Counted from the stretch's first letter, positions 1 to 9,448 are shown. The stretch: DNA of 64,000 nucleotides from Candidatus Pacebacteria bacterium GW2011_GWA1_46_10 (GCA_001002135.1 LCLP01000001.1:142108-206107); one strand, 5' to 3'. A program made the numbers and translations. The notes: generated by a model from the sequence alone, not told the origin.

Positions 1-1
1 C

Positions 2-610
2 AATGTCATTTATCCGGATGTGAATCCGCTGCTGCACCAATCTGGCCACGCCAGTGCGGCCGAACAGCGCGAGGTAGTGAAACTGCTTAATGCCAAATAT
101 GTCATGCCGATCGGCGGCGAAGACCGGCATCGGGCCAAGTTTCGCGAGTACGTTAGCCAGTCGCTGGGGTACACCAAAGAGCGCACACTGACCCCGAAAG
201 TCGGTGAAATTCTGGGTTTCCATGAGGGAACTGTGAAAGTGGTGGAGACGATTCCAATCCGGCCGCGCACGGTCGATGGACTTGGGATTGGCGATGTTGG
301 CCGCGTCGTACTATCTGACCGATTATTAATGTCACAAGAGGGGATGATCGTCTTGATTCTGCCGCGCATCAAGGGCAAGTTTGATTTCAAGAAAATCCAA
401 GTGGTGTCCAAAGGCTTTGTTTTTATCGAGGAAGCTCAGGAAGTGGTGGACTTTATTAAGGAGCAAACCGCGGAGACAGTGCATCATATGGGCAAACATA
501 AGAGAAATGATGGGGCTCTACGGGCGGAATTAGAGAAACGCTTGGGTAAAAAACTCTACAAAATTATCCGCCGTGAGCCGATGATTATCCCGGTGATCTT
601 GGATATCTAG
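2..610 (+). CDS. rnj: Ribonuclease J, C-terminal portion (5' end truncated by window edge)
   Basis: ORF runs in-frame from window start. Sequence SGHASAAEQ matches the beta-CASP motif C region, and the downstream C-terminal domain resembles RNase J. No start codon is visible inside the window. Confidence 0.65.
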   Translation, partial: NVIYPDVNPLLHQSGHASAAEQREVVKLLNAKYVMPIGGEDRHRAKFREYVSQSLGYTKERTLTPKVGEILGFHEGTVKVVETIPIRPRTVDGLGIGDVGRVVLSDRLLMSQEGMIVLILPRIKGKFDFKKIQVVSKGFVFIEEAQEVVDFIKEQTAETVHHMGKHKRNDGALRAELEKRLGKKLYKIIRREPMIIPVILDI

Positions 611-793
611 GTGGATACCCTTGTTGGCGAAAATGACTCCTTAAATTTGCACTGCATTTGCAGTGTAAATATTGGGTGTCACTTTTAGAGAAGAGAGTAT
701 ATCAACCACTATTTTCTTAAAGGAAACTCGACGAGCGATGTGTTATATTCTTACCAGGGGAAATTCCCTGGAGTTTGTTATTAAGTCCACTCC

Positions 794-822
794 TTGACTT
801 TGCCCATAAAATATCCTATAAC
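794..822 (+). promoter_or_regulatory. Candidate sigma70-type promoter upstream of ftsK (TTGACT-17nt-TATAAC)
   Basis: -35 TTGACT at 794-799 and -10 TATAAC at 817-822 with a 17-nt spacer, 16 nt upstream of the ATG at 838. Confidence 0.35.
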
Positions 823-837
823 TTTTTTATCGAAGCT

Positions 838-2994
838 ATGGCCAGACGACGCAGACGCCGCAACAAGCCCGATTTAAAACTGACTATCCCGCCGGAAACA
901 ATGTATTCAGTGACGGGTGTGTTCTTAATCGTCTTGGGTTTTCTGACGATGGTCTCGTTTGCTGGTCAAGGGACGCTGCTGGCACCTTTGAGCGCTTGGT
1001 TGAGCATCCGGTTTGGCTTGAGCATGCTGTTTTTCCCGTTTGTCTTAATGTCGGCGGGGTTAGCGATGCTCAAAACCAAATGGATTTGGTCCAAACCCAA
1101 TGTTTTACTGGGCACCTTGCTTTTGATGTTGGCCTTTTTAGTAATTGGCAGGACCGGTGCCTGGGGGAAAGAGTTGTACCAAACGCTGGCGACGCTGATT
1201 TCTCCCGCTGGGACTTATTTGTCGTTTGTCGCCATGGCCGTGGTTGGGTTTTTAGTGATGACGCAGTGGTCGGTCGGTGAATTGTTGCAGGTTTTGGCTC
1301 AGTGGCGTCAACCGGCCGCACAGGAAGGTCAGGCCGATTTGTTTTCAGAACAAAAAAAGGGCTTCCATTTGCCTCAATTGCCAATGTTCGGTTTGGGTAA
1401 AAAAGGTGGCGCACCGGCGAGAGACGAACAGAGTTTTGAGGAAAAAGTGGCCGCTGCCCCTGTTCAAGCAAAACCGGAAAAGTTGCCGGTGGAAGGCAAA
1501 AATTTACTACGCGAAGATGCAACAACACTGCCGGCCCGCGCGCCCATGGTTTGGAATTATCCTGATCTGTCACTACTTTCTGATAAACCGGGCGGTAAGG
1601 CTCAGCGCGGCGATGTGAAAATGAATGCCCAGATTATTGAAAACACCTTGGAGTCGTTTGGCCTTCGCGCCAACGTGGCCGATGTTAATTACGGTCCGGC
1701 CGTGACGCAGTACGCCTTGAATATTACGAAGGGGACAAGGTTGTCAAAGATCACCAGTCTTTCGACTGACTTAGCCTTGGCTCTCGCCGCCCCTACTGGT
1801 CAGATCCGGATTGAGGCGCCGATTGCCGGTAAGTCACTGGTGGGAATTGAGGTACCAAATCACTCGGCTGAGTTTGTCACCCTCAAAGAAATGCTCTCGT
1901 CTAAGGTCATGAAAAAACACCCGTCGAAATTGGCGGTTGCCCTTGGCATTGACGTGACCGGCAATCCAATTATTGCCGATATCGCCAGTATGCCCCACGT
2001 GCTGATTGCTGGTGCCACTGGTTCTGGGAAATCGGTGGCGATTAACGCCTTTATGAGCTCGATTTTGTTCCGCGCCAGTCCGGCCGAAGTGAAGTTTATT
2101 TTGGTTGATCCTAAGCGGGTGGAGTTGACGGCGTATAACGATATTCCCCACTTATTAACCCCAGTGATTGTCGAGCCCAACAAAGTGGTGTCGGCGCTCA
2201 AATGGGCGGTCAACCAGATGGAAGTGCGCTACAAGCAATTGGCTGAAGTGGGTGTCAAAAATATTGATGCCTACAACGAATTGGCCGGCTTAGTGGCGAT
2301 GCCCAATATCTTGATTGTGATCGATGAGTTGGCTGACGTGATGTTGTTTTCACCGGCTGAAGTAGAAGAAAGTGTGACGCGGATTGCCCAAATGGCCCGG
2401 GCGGTGGGTATTCACTTGGTGCTCTCCACTCAACGGCCGTCAGTTGACGTCATTACTGGTTTAATCAAAGCCAATATTCCCTGTCGCATCGCCTTTAATG
2501 TGTCTTCTCAAACCGACTCGCGGGTGATTTTGGATGGGCCTGGAGCCGAGAAATTGCTGGGTCGCGGCGATATGTTGTATCTGCCGCCGGACCGGGCGAA
2601 ACCGATTCGTATCCAGGGCACCTTCATTTCTGACCGCGAGACCCGCGCGCTGACGGAATTCTTGCGCTCACAAGGCCAGAAGCCGGAATATGAAGAGGAG
2701 ATCACGACAAAGTTTAAGGCTGGTATGGTGACTGGTGGTTCTGGCGGCGCGGCCGGTGAGGATCGCGACCCGAAGTTTACTGAGGCGGCTGAGTTGTTCT
2801 CCCGCTATGATAAAGCTTCTGCCTCGCTCATTCAGCGTCGACTCTCGGTCGGCTACGCCCGCGCCGCCCGCATGCTGGATCAGCTCTACGCCGCCGGCAT
2901 GATCGGTCCACCAGACGGTAGCAAACCCCGCGACGTCAACATCCAAAAGATTCAGGAGTATTTAATGAGTCTGCAGAGCCAAACCCAAACATAA
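838..2994 (+). CDS. ftsK: DNA translocase FtsK/SpoIIIE
   Basis: N-terminal polybasic region followed by TM helices. Walker A motif GATGSGKS and Walker B IVIDELAD are present, plus a C-terminal winged-helix gamma domain. ATG at 838 (MARRRRRR) is preferred over the ORF-track start at 775. Confidence 0.85.
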   Translation: MARRRRRRNKPDLKLTIPPETMYSVTGVFLIVLGFLTMVSFAGQGTLLAPLSAWLSIRFGLSMLFFPFVLMSAGLAMLKTKWIWSKPNVLLGTLLLMLAFLVIGRTGAWGKELYQTLATLISPAGTYLSFVAMAVVGFLVMTQWSVGELLQVLAQWRQPAAQEGQADLFSEQKKGFHLPQLPMFGLGKKGGAPARDEQSFEEKVAAAPVQAKPEKLPVEGKNLLREDATTLPARAPMVWNYPDLSLLSDKPGGKAQRGDVKMNAQIIENTLESFGLRANVADVNYGPAVTQYALNITKGTRLSKITSLSTDLALALAAPTGQIRIEAPIAGKSLVGIEVPNHSAEFVTLKEMLSSKVMKKHPSKLAVALGIDVTGNPIIADIASMPHVLIAGATGSGKSVAINAFMSSILFRASPAEVKFILVDPKRVELTAYNDIPHLLTPVIVEPNKVVSALKWAVNQMEVRYKQLAEVGVKNIDAYNELAGLVAMPNILIVIDELADVMLFSPAEVEESVTRIAQMARAVGIHLVLSTQRPSVDVITGLIKANIPCRIAFNVSSQTDSRVILDGPGAEKLLGRGDMLYLPPDRAKPIRIQGTFISDRETRALTEFLRSQGQKPEYEEEITTKFKAGMVTGGSGGAAGEDRDPKFTEAAELFSRYDKASASLIQRRLSVGYARAARMLDQLYAAGMIGPPDGSKPRDVNIQKIQEYLMSLQSQTQT

Positions 2995-3037
2995 CTTCAC
3001 CGTTTCTCCAGAGTGACTCCTGGTTTACAATGGTTGA

Positions 3038-3976
3038 ATGATTGACTCACCATTGGTTGTTCATAACCTCACCAAGATTTTTCCACCGGAAAAAAAGGGT
3101 GGTCGGCCGTTTACGGCTGTCGACGATATTTCTTTCAAATTAAGAGAAGGCCAAATTCTTGGGTTATTGGGTCCTAATGGTGCTGGTAAATCAACGACGA
3201 TCTCGATGTTACTGGGCACTTTATCGCCGACTTTCGGCTCGATTCGCTATTTCGACAAAGACTTTGCCAAACACAAAAGTGAATCGCTCCAGCACGTGAC
3301 GTTTGCGAGCACCTATATCAAAATGCCTTGGCGACTGACGGTGTGGGAAAACCTGAAGATTTATGGCACGCTCTATGATGTGCAGGGCAAAGTTTTTGAT
3401 CAGCGGATGGAGCGCTTTTTGAACTTTTTTGGGGTTTGGCAGCAACGGCACAAAACTATGAATTTACTGTCAGCTGGCCAGGTTACCCGCATCATGTTGG
3501 CTAAAGCCTTTCTCCCGTACCCAAAAATCGTGTTGTTGGACGAGCCTACTGCCTCATTAGACCCAGACATTGCCCATCAAGTCAGAGAGTTTGTGAAACT
3601 GCAGCGCCAAGAGTACGGGGTGAGTATTCTTTACACTTCACACAACATGGAGGAAGTGACTGATGTGTGTGATGAAGTGATGTTTTTGAAGCACGGTCAA
3701 ATTGTCGCTGTTGATAAGCCGCTCAATTTAGCTCGCTCAGTAAAGACCGCCCGCATGCGTTTGTTAGTGAAAGACGGTTTGAAACGGACACAAAAATTTG
3801 CCAAGGCCCAAGCACTGCCAGTCTCGATTGAAGGCAGGGAGGTGATTATTGAAATTGATGAACAGGCTATTGCTCAGTTTTTGGAGAAATTGGCAGCCGA
3901 AAAGATTTCATATTCACAGATCGCGGTCGATAAGCCGACTTTGGAAGATTACTTTTTACAGATGAGTAAGGATTAA
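3038..3976 (+). CDS. ABC transporter ATP-binding protein (ABC-2 exporter type)
   Basis: Walker A GPNGAGKST, signature motif LSAGQ and Walker B VLLDEPTASLD are all present. Confidence 0.85.
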   Translation: MIDSPLVVHNLTKIFPPEKKGGRPFTAVDDISFKLREGQILGLLGPNGAGKSTTISMLLGTLSPTFGSIRYFDKDFAKHKSESLQHVTFASTYIKMPWRLTVWENLKIYGTLYDVQGKVFDQRMERFLNFFGVWQQRHKTMNLLSAGQVTRIMLAKAFLPYPKIVLLDEPTASLDPDIAHQVREFVKLQRQEYGVSILYTSHNMEEVTDVCDEVMFLKHGQIVAVDKPLNLARSVKTARMRLLVKDGLKRTQKFAKAQALPVSIEGREVIIEIDEQAIAQFLEKLAAEKISYSQIAVDKPTLEDYFLQMSKD

Positions 3977-3977
3977 G

Positions 3978-4760
3978 ATGAAACTCCACCGCATCAAAGC
4001 TCTATTCTTGCGCCACCTCTATCCGCTAAAACGCGACTTCGACCTCTTATCTGACATGCTTTACTGGCCGCTCGTCGACACCCTCTTGTGGGGGATTACC
4101 AGCCAATGGCTGTCGGAAGCTTCAGGTCAAGCCAGCATTGCGCTCGCTATCCTGATGGCGCTCTTGCTTTGGAACATCATCTGGCGCGCTCAATCGGAAG
4201 TGTCACGCAACTTGATTGATGAAATTTGGAACAATAACTTGGTCAATATTTTTTCGACGCCGCTCATGGTGAGAGAATGGTTGTTTTCGGTGATGTCGCT
4301 GTCAGTCTTAAAAACAATTTTTACGCTCTCGGTTATTACCACGGTCGTGGTCGGCATGTGGTCAGCAAACATTCTGTTTTTCGGTTGGTGGTTGATTCCG
4401 TTTATTTTGGCAATGGTGACGACTGGTTGGTGGGTGGGCTTTCTCTCAGCCGGTATTATCTTGCGCTACGGGCCAAAGATGCAGACAGTAGTCTGGACGT
4501 TGCCCGGGATGCTGTTGCCGTTCAGCGCGGTCTTTTTCCCGCTAGAGCGATTTCCAGAAGCATTGCAGTACGTCAGCCGGATAGTGCCAACAACTTATAT
4601 CTTTGAAACGATGCGGACTATTGCTGCCGGCGGCGCGGTCGACTGGGGAACACTCTCGATGAGTTTTGTTTTTAACTTTTTATACCTCGGTCTGGCGCTG
4701 TGGTACTTTGTCAGCAGTTTCCGCTACAGCACGAAATTAGGATTGGGGAGATTTAATTAA
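3978..4760 (+). CDS. ABC-2 family transporter permease
   Basis: Polytopic hydrophobic protein immediately downstream of the ATPase (2-nt gap), the typical ABC-2 pair arrangement. Confidence 0.7.
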   Translation: MKLHRIKALFLRHLYPLKRDFDLLSDMLYWPLVDTLLWGITSQWLSEASGQASIALAILMALLLWNIIWRAQSEVSRNLIDEIWNNNLVNIFSTPLMVREWLFSVMSLSVLKTIFTLSVITTVVVGMWSANILFFGWWLIPFILAMVTTGWWVGFLSAGIILRYGPKMQTVVWTLPGMLLPFSAVFFPLERFPEALQYVSRIVPTTYIFETMRTIAAGGAVDWGTLSMSFVFNFLYLGLALWYFVSSFRYSTKLGLGRFN

Positions 4761-4775
4761 GTTATAATTTAATTC

Positions 4776-5144
4776 ATGAATAGTTTCGAAGTCTACCAAG
4801 ACCCTGATGGTCAAGCCCAGTTTTATTTTTCTCATTCCGATAAACAATTTACGACTGGCGTTCTTGTGCTCCACCCTGGTAAAGAGTTGGCGAAGCACAA
4901 TCGACCACTGGCGGTGGAGAATTTAATTCAAATTGCTGGCAAATGTGTCATGAAAGTTTATAGTTCTGAAACAGAATATGAAAATAAAGCATTAAAAGTT
5001 GGAGATTCGTTGAGTATGGCTAAAGGTGTTTATCATATTCACTCAAATCCATTCCAAGAAATCTCGGTAACTTTTTTTAAGGCAGAAGGGGACATTACAA
5101 AAATAATGGACAATTTAAGAAAAGCTTTAGTAAAAATTAAATAG
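4776..5144 (+). CDS. Hypothetical small protein, possibly cupin-fold
   Basis: 122-aa ORF in a locally AT-rich (~38% GC) segment. The motifs HPGKELAKH and HIHSNPFQE suggest a cupin-like beta-barrel. No certain family assignment. Confidence 0.4.
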   Translation: MNSFEVYQDPDGQAQFYFSHSDKQFTTGVLVLHPGKELAKHNRPLAVENLIQIAGKCVMKVYSSETEYENKALKVGDSLSMAKGVYHIHSNPFQEISVTFFKAEGDITKIMDNLRKALVKIK

Positions 5145-5203
5145 CTTACTTTTCTTAATAAAGCCTAGTAGTATACTGTTATTAGTAAAAATAAAGGGTT
5201 GAG

Positions 5204-5722
5204 ATGGCAGAAAAAGACCAAGAGCAAACTCAAGATCAAGATAGAAAATCGAGATTTAAAGAACTCCTGTCTTCTGTAGAAGAACTAGCAACAGAAATTG
5301 GTTTTGGTGAGTATGAGATTCTTGAGGAACATCGAGGAATAAGTCCGGCTGTTGATCGGGCGTTGGATCGTGGCATCACAGATGTCACCATTAAACATCT
5401 CGTTAGCAGTAACGCTGGTTTAAGAATCAGAACAAATGATAGGGGTTACGGAGCAAAAGCAGATTTTATAATTAGGCTGGAAAAGGGAGAGCATGAGAAG
5501 TACCTGGCTGGAGCTGGCGGGGGGATGCCCGGGAAAACAAGTCATGGTTTTATATGGTTGGGGGAACCGCGTCAGTTTGGTGCGGAAGAAATCTGGAATG
5601 ATGTGGAGTTGTTAGATGTTTTGGCAGATACGGTTGAAGCTTTGACGGCTGCCTATGACGTAAAAAGAGCCACTAGAAAAATGGCACAAACTAACGTTCA
5701 AGAAACTCAACCTGCTGGATAA
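5204..5722 (+). CDS. Hypothetical protein
   Basis: 172-aa ORF with a GAGGGMPG motif and no recognisable family. Lies between the cupin-like ORF and the 3' end of tmRNA. Confidence 0.45.
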   Translation: MAEKDQEQTQDQDRKSRFKELLSSVEELATEIGFGEYEILEEHRGISPAVDRALDRGITDVTIKHLVSSNAGLRIRTNDRGYGAKADFIIRLEKGEHEKYLAGAGGGMPGKTSHGFIWLGEPRQFGAEEIWNDVELLDVLADTVEALTAAYDVKRATRKMAQTNVQETQPAG

Positions 5723-5745
5723 AAGCATTGTCGATATAAAAAATG

Positions 5746-6138
5746 TGGAGATGGGGGGTAATGAACCCCCGTCCGATAATCGTTTCCTAGCCAACCTCTA
5801 CAGACATAGAATGCTTTTGGTATTACCTCAGAGGGAAACATTCCAACCCGGTTGAGGCAACCGATACTAATCTTTCATCAAACGTCGTATCAATCGTTTG
5901 ATGGCATACTGATTGTTTTTTCACCCAGAGTGTCCCATCAGTAAGAAAACCTCTCTGAATGCCTATTTAAGCGTAAGCTAAAACAGGTGAAGCAAACAAT
6001 GATTGAGCGAACTCAATCATGCCTGCGACTTTGCTGCGCAATGAATTGGCAGTTAAATTTGTAGCCCTGTTTGATGTCTTTTGGCCAAAGACAGTCTGCA
6101 GTTGGTAAAGAGCGATTACGTCGATGCAATGCATCCCC
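5746..6138 (-). ncRNA. ssrA: Transfer-messenger RNA (tmRNA, ssrA)
   Basis: Read on the minus strand, the 5' end is GGGGAUGCAUUGCAUCGACGUAAUCGC (compare E. coli GGGGCUGAUUCUGGAUUCGACGGG). The 3' end is GGACGGGGGUUCAUUACCCCCCAUCUCCA with a T-arm and an acceptor strand that pairs to the 5' GGGGAUG, including a G3:U wobble (Ala identity). CCA is not encoded. An internal reading frame ends ...PVLAYA-UAA. An AAAGUC-GCA context resembling the E. coli resume site suggests the tag AGMIEFAQSLFASPVLAYA, but the exact resume codon is uncertain. Confidence 0.7.
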
Positions 6139-6337
6139 GTAGGTCATGTATTATACGTTCTCTCCAGGCGAAACACAAGTTGTGCTTGCGCTGGTCTAAT
6201 GAGTCTGTATAATTTCCTCTTATAAAAGAGTTGCGAGGGCACCTGGTTGCTTTCGCTCCCAAGTAACGAACTCCGCCTAGGCGTGGGGGGACACCAAGCT
6301 GAGCAGAAAGTAAGCAGGTGCTCTTTTTTATTAAAAA

Positions 6338-7132
6338 ATGTCGAAAAACTATCATCACGAGCTGAGTGTCAGTGGAAGTGAAGTAGAGCGCCGTCCACAA
6401 GTTATTTTTGGCACAAAAAAACAAGAACCGATTATTCTGGCGTATCAGTTGCTGGGTTTAACCCATTTTGAGCGTCGGGATCCAGAACAACCTCATTGGG
6501 CTCTTGCCCATCAAAATGAAAGTACATCCGCTGATTCGGCGGCAGTGGTGGTCGAAAAAATGAGAAGAATCGAGCAAGGTTTAATAAGGGAAGGCTCGGA
6601 GCATAAAATACCGATTGTAGCTTCAGATGTGACTTTTCACCTCAACGGCGAACTGTTGCACCAAATTATCCGTAGTCCCGAGGACAAAGCGAGATTTAGG
6701 GAACAACCTTGGGAGTTGGAAAAGATCAGGTTAACCCTGGTGGAAAAGTATGCTGGCCCGTTTGAGGCTGTTTGGCAGGTGGTGTTTGGCATGATGGACG
6801 AAAACAAAGAAATTAAGCTTGCCCAGATTAAGATTCGCTGTGCTCACCCGGAGGGATTCACACCAAATGAGGTGTACACGAACTTCTTTCCCCAATCCAA
6901 CGCCGGCATTAGGTTGGTGGAGTTATTGCGAGAAAAAGAGGCGGTGTTTGAGGTGATGTATGGTCACGAAGTAGAGTCGTCGGGTCAAGGTTGGCCAACG
7001 ATTTCTGGTGAAGAAGCGCAGCGCTATATCGTCGATAAAATTCTTGAAACCGATATTTTTTGGCAGTTTCTGTTGGGTAACCCGATTGAGAGCCAACGGA
7101 TGGGTTTATTTTCGATCGCGCTGGTGCAGTAG
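6338..7132 (+). CDS. Hypothetical protein (264 aa)
   Basis: Long ORF with coding-like composition and no recognised motif. Confidence 0.5.
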   Translation: MSKNYHHELSVSGSEVERRPQVIFGTKKQEPIILAYQLLGLTHFERRDPEQPHWALAHQNESTSADSAAVVVEKMRRIEQGLIREGSEHKIPIVASDVTFHLNGELLHQIIRSPEDKARFREQPWELEKIRLTLVEKYAGPFEAVWQVVFGMMDENKEIKLAQIKIRCAHPEGFTPNEVYTNFFPQSNAGIRLVELLREKEAVFEVMYGHEVESSGQGWPTISGEEAQRYIVDKILETDIFWQFLLGNPIESQRMGLFSIALVQ

Positions 7133-7186
7133 TTTGATCTGACTGGGACTTGTTTTTTCCTTTCTTTTTCCGTTAGGCTGAAAAAT

Positions 7187-7522
7187 GTGTCTGAAATTTT
7201 CCTACAGCAACAAAAGGGGAAAAAGTTTCGTGTAGGAGCCGGTTTATTCCGCGAGTTTTCTGCGGCCAATAAACTAATGGTGATTGAGTTACTGTACCAA
7301 ATTTATTCGCCAGATTATATTCCGGCCGTAATAACGTTACATTTTCTCACTAGTGGCGGTTGGCAAACTCAAGAGGTGGTCACTGGCACTTTCGGCATCA
7401 GCGCAATCCAGCAAAACTGGTTTCGCGAGAAAACTTTTGAAAAACGGATTAACTACTCTGACTCACTGATGGGGTTATATCTTTTTTTACTCCAACTATG
7501 GCGTGAGAAGCAGACTAAGTGA
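7187..7522 (+). CDS. Hypothetical small protein (111 aa)
   Basis: ORF only. It fills the gap before the convergent comFC. Weak support. Confidence 0.25.
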   Translation: MSEIFLQQQKGKKFRVGAGLFREFSAANKLMVIELLYQIYSPDYIPAVITLHFLTSGGWQTQEVVTGTFGISAIQQNWFREKTFEKRINYSDSLMGLYLFLLQLWREKQTK

Positions 7523-7559
7523 ATCGCTCTCATCAGGAGTGGTGCCGGTATTGCCGGAG

Positions 7560-8204
7560 TTAGCTTTCATGAGCGACCAGAACAGCGGAAATTTTACCGA
7601 CACCAGCCTGGTGTAACTGAGTGGCGCAGGCGGCCAGCGTTGAACCAGTTGTGACCACGTCGTCAACCAGCAAGATGTTTTTTCTCTTAAGATTGATTTG
7701 AAGATTGGGGTTGAGAGCAAAAACGTTACTCATCAGTTGGAAACGTTCCTGGTCGTTGGTAACGGAGGCCAAGTTTTGAGTGTGACGTTGGCGGAGAAGC
7801 AGTGGTTGGTAAGGTTTTTCAAGTCGGTTGGCCAGCTGTTGTGCGATCAACTTTGCTTGATTATAGCCGCGCTGTTTGAACCGCTTGGGGTGCAGTGGCA
7901 CCGCGGTGACAAAGTCAAGGTTGGTTGGTAGCGGTAGGTGTTGGTAGAGCAGGTTGCCCAAGATTGACCCAATTGGGTGGAGTGATTGGTATTTAAGTGC
8001 TTTGATAACAGTCGACAAAGGCGGCGTGAAGAAGCCGAGAACGTGAGTATTGTCAACTAAGTTTTCTAAAGGTTTGAATCGAGGTTGGTAATACAAGAAA
8101 TCGATCTGGTCTTGACACTGGCGGCAGAAGTAATGAGCCTCGCGATCACAAGCGACGCAGACTTGAGGAAAAATAATCGTCAGAAACTTTCGTAAGGCTA
8201 TCAC
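7560..8204 (-). CDS. comFC: ComF family protein (ComFC-like phosphoribosyltransferase)
   Basis: N-terminal Cys4 zinc finger (CVACDRE...CRQCQ) and a C-terminal PRTase motif LLVDDVVTTGSTL. Confidence 0.75.
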   Translation of the reverse strand: MIALRKFLTIIFPQVCVACDREAHYFCRQCQDQIDFLYYQPRFKPLENLVDNTHVLGFFTPPLSTVIKALKYQSLHPIGSILGNLLYQHLPLPTNLDFVTAVPLHPKRFKQRGYNQAKLIAQQLANRLEKPYQPLLLRQRHTQNLASVTNDQERFQLMSNVFALNPNLQINLKRKNILLVDDVVTTGSTLAACATQLHQAGVGKISAVLVAHES

Positions 8205-8255
8205 TGATTACTCAGTGTAGAGTAAACAATCGAACAGTAAATGTTACAAGAAAGC

Positions 8256-8522
8256 TTAGTACATGTCGGAGGGACCAGTGGCTTCCGCTGATGGTTCGGG
8301 AATAGAAACATTTCGGATTGGTGCTTCATCACTTCCTGCCGGTAATGTTTCAACGAAACGAATAATTGCTTGAGGACAGCAGGGATTGCCTAGTTGTTGT
8401 TCTTGAAGAACACACAAGTTTTCAACCAGTTTTTCGCAAACAACAGCATTGTCTAAATCATGTGGGCAAGGTACATCGAAGTCGATTTCTATAATTTCTC
8501 TTAAATCGGGTTTTGTTGGCAT
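8256..8522 (-). CDS. Cysteine-rich small protein with CPH...C motif (paralogue 2)
   Basis: Preferred start is the ATG at 8522, which is preceded by AAGGAAAG. Motifs CPHDLDNAVVC and CCPQ. Immediately upstream of comFC on the same strand. Confidence 0.45.
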   Translation of the reverse strand: MPTKPDLREIIEIDFDVPCPHDLDNAVVCEKLVENLCVLQEQQLGNPCCPQAIIRFVETLPAGSDEAPIRNVSIPEPSAEATGPSDMY

Positions 8523-8550
8523 CTTTCCTTTCGCTATGACCACTACGTTT

Positions 8551-8796
8551 TTACGCTGAAGGTGGTGGGTTAGATGCTTTCTGTGAACTAGATTGTTCAA
8601 TCATGCTGTGAATAGGGATGATGGTTGGATCAAAAGGACAGCTTTTGCCAGTTTCCTCTTTGAGTGCGCAGTCTAAGGCAGTGTTCCCCGGTGTTCGTGT
8701 TAGTTGTCCACAATCGTAAGGAGTACCAAGCCCATGGGGACATAAGTGTTCTCCATAGCGAAATTTGAGTTTTTCTCCTTGGTTAATTCCTGCCAT
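8551..8796 (-). CDS. Cysteine-rich small protein with CPH...C motif (paralogue 1)
   Basis: 81 aa with a strong RBS (AAAGGAG) before the ATG at 8796. Motif CPHGLGTPYDC plus two further Cys. Confidence 0.45.
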   Translation of the reverse strand: MAGINQGEKLKFRYGEHLCPHGLGTPYDCGQLTRTPGNTALDCALKEETGKSCPFDPTIIPIHSMIEQSSSQKASNPPPSA

Positions 8797-8902
8797 ATAA
8801 AAACTCCTTTCACGAGTATGTCATACTTATATCATACCTTTTTTGGAACAGGCAACTGGCAAATGATGACCGCTTTTGAAAAAGAGTTTTTATTGGTGAA
8901 AG

Positions 8903-8976
8903 TGGGCGATGGAGGACTTGAACCTCCGACCTCACGAATGTGAATCGTGCGCTCTAACCAGCTGAGCTAATCGCCC
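8903..8976 (-). tRNA. tRNA-Val (anticodon CAC)
   Basis: Minus-strand sequence GGGCGAUUAGCUCAGCUGGUUAGAGCGCACGAUUCACAUUCGUGAGGUCGGAGGUUCAAGUCCUCCAUCGCCCA folds as a cloverleaf. Anticodon loop is UUCACAU and the T-loop is UUCAAGU. CCA is not encoded. Confidence 0.85.
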
Positions 8977-9001
8977 GGTCGCCATATTATAGCGTGCTAC
9001 A

Positions 9002-9442
9002 ATGATTTTCATGACCTTGAAACAGACCGTCGCTGGTCAAATGAAGACCGCTCTGAAGTCAGGTGACCAGGCGAGCTTAACAACCTTAAGATTATTGTTA
9101 AACGATATTCACAACTTTGAGATTGATCATGGTGAACAGACTGATGTTGGCGTGCAGCAGTTGGTCGCTCGTTCGATCAAACAGTGGAAGGATGCCTTGA
9201 CTGATTATGAAAAAGGCGGTCGAGCAGATCTAGTCAAAGAAGCCAAAGACAGAATCGCGCTCTTGGAACAGTTCTTGCCAGCGCAGTTGTCGGAGGACGA
9301 GATTAAAAAGGTGGTTCAAGAAACAATTGCTGGCCTCCAAAATCCAAGCGCTGGTCCGGTCATCGGCCAAGTGATGAAAAAACTGGCTGGTCAAGCCGAC
9401 GGCGGGACGGTGGCTCGACTAGTTAATGAAGCGCTTTCATAA
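9002..9442 (+). CDS. GatB/YqeY domain protein
   Basis: Resembles the YqeY family over its full length (MKTALKSGD...LLNDI...). Confidence 0.65.
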   Translation: MIFMTLKQTVAGQMKTALKSGDQASLTTLRLLLNDIHNFEIDHGEQTDVGVQQLVARSIKQWKDALTDYEKGGRADLVKEAKDRIALLEQFLPAQLSEDEIKKVVQETIAGLQNPSAGPVIGQVMKKLAGQADGGTVARLVNEALS

Positions 9443-9448
9443 ATCCCT

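Noticed and set aside
6116-6424. 102-aa minus-strand ORF in the ORF track.
   Set aside because: Overlaps the 5' tRNA-like domain of tmRNA, has no RBS and no coding-like composition. Judged spurious.
8746-8943. 65-aa plus-strand ORF.
   Set aside because: Lies antisense across the tRNA-Val gene and its upstream region. Spurious.
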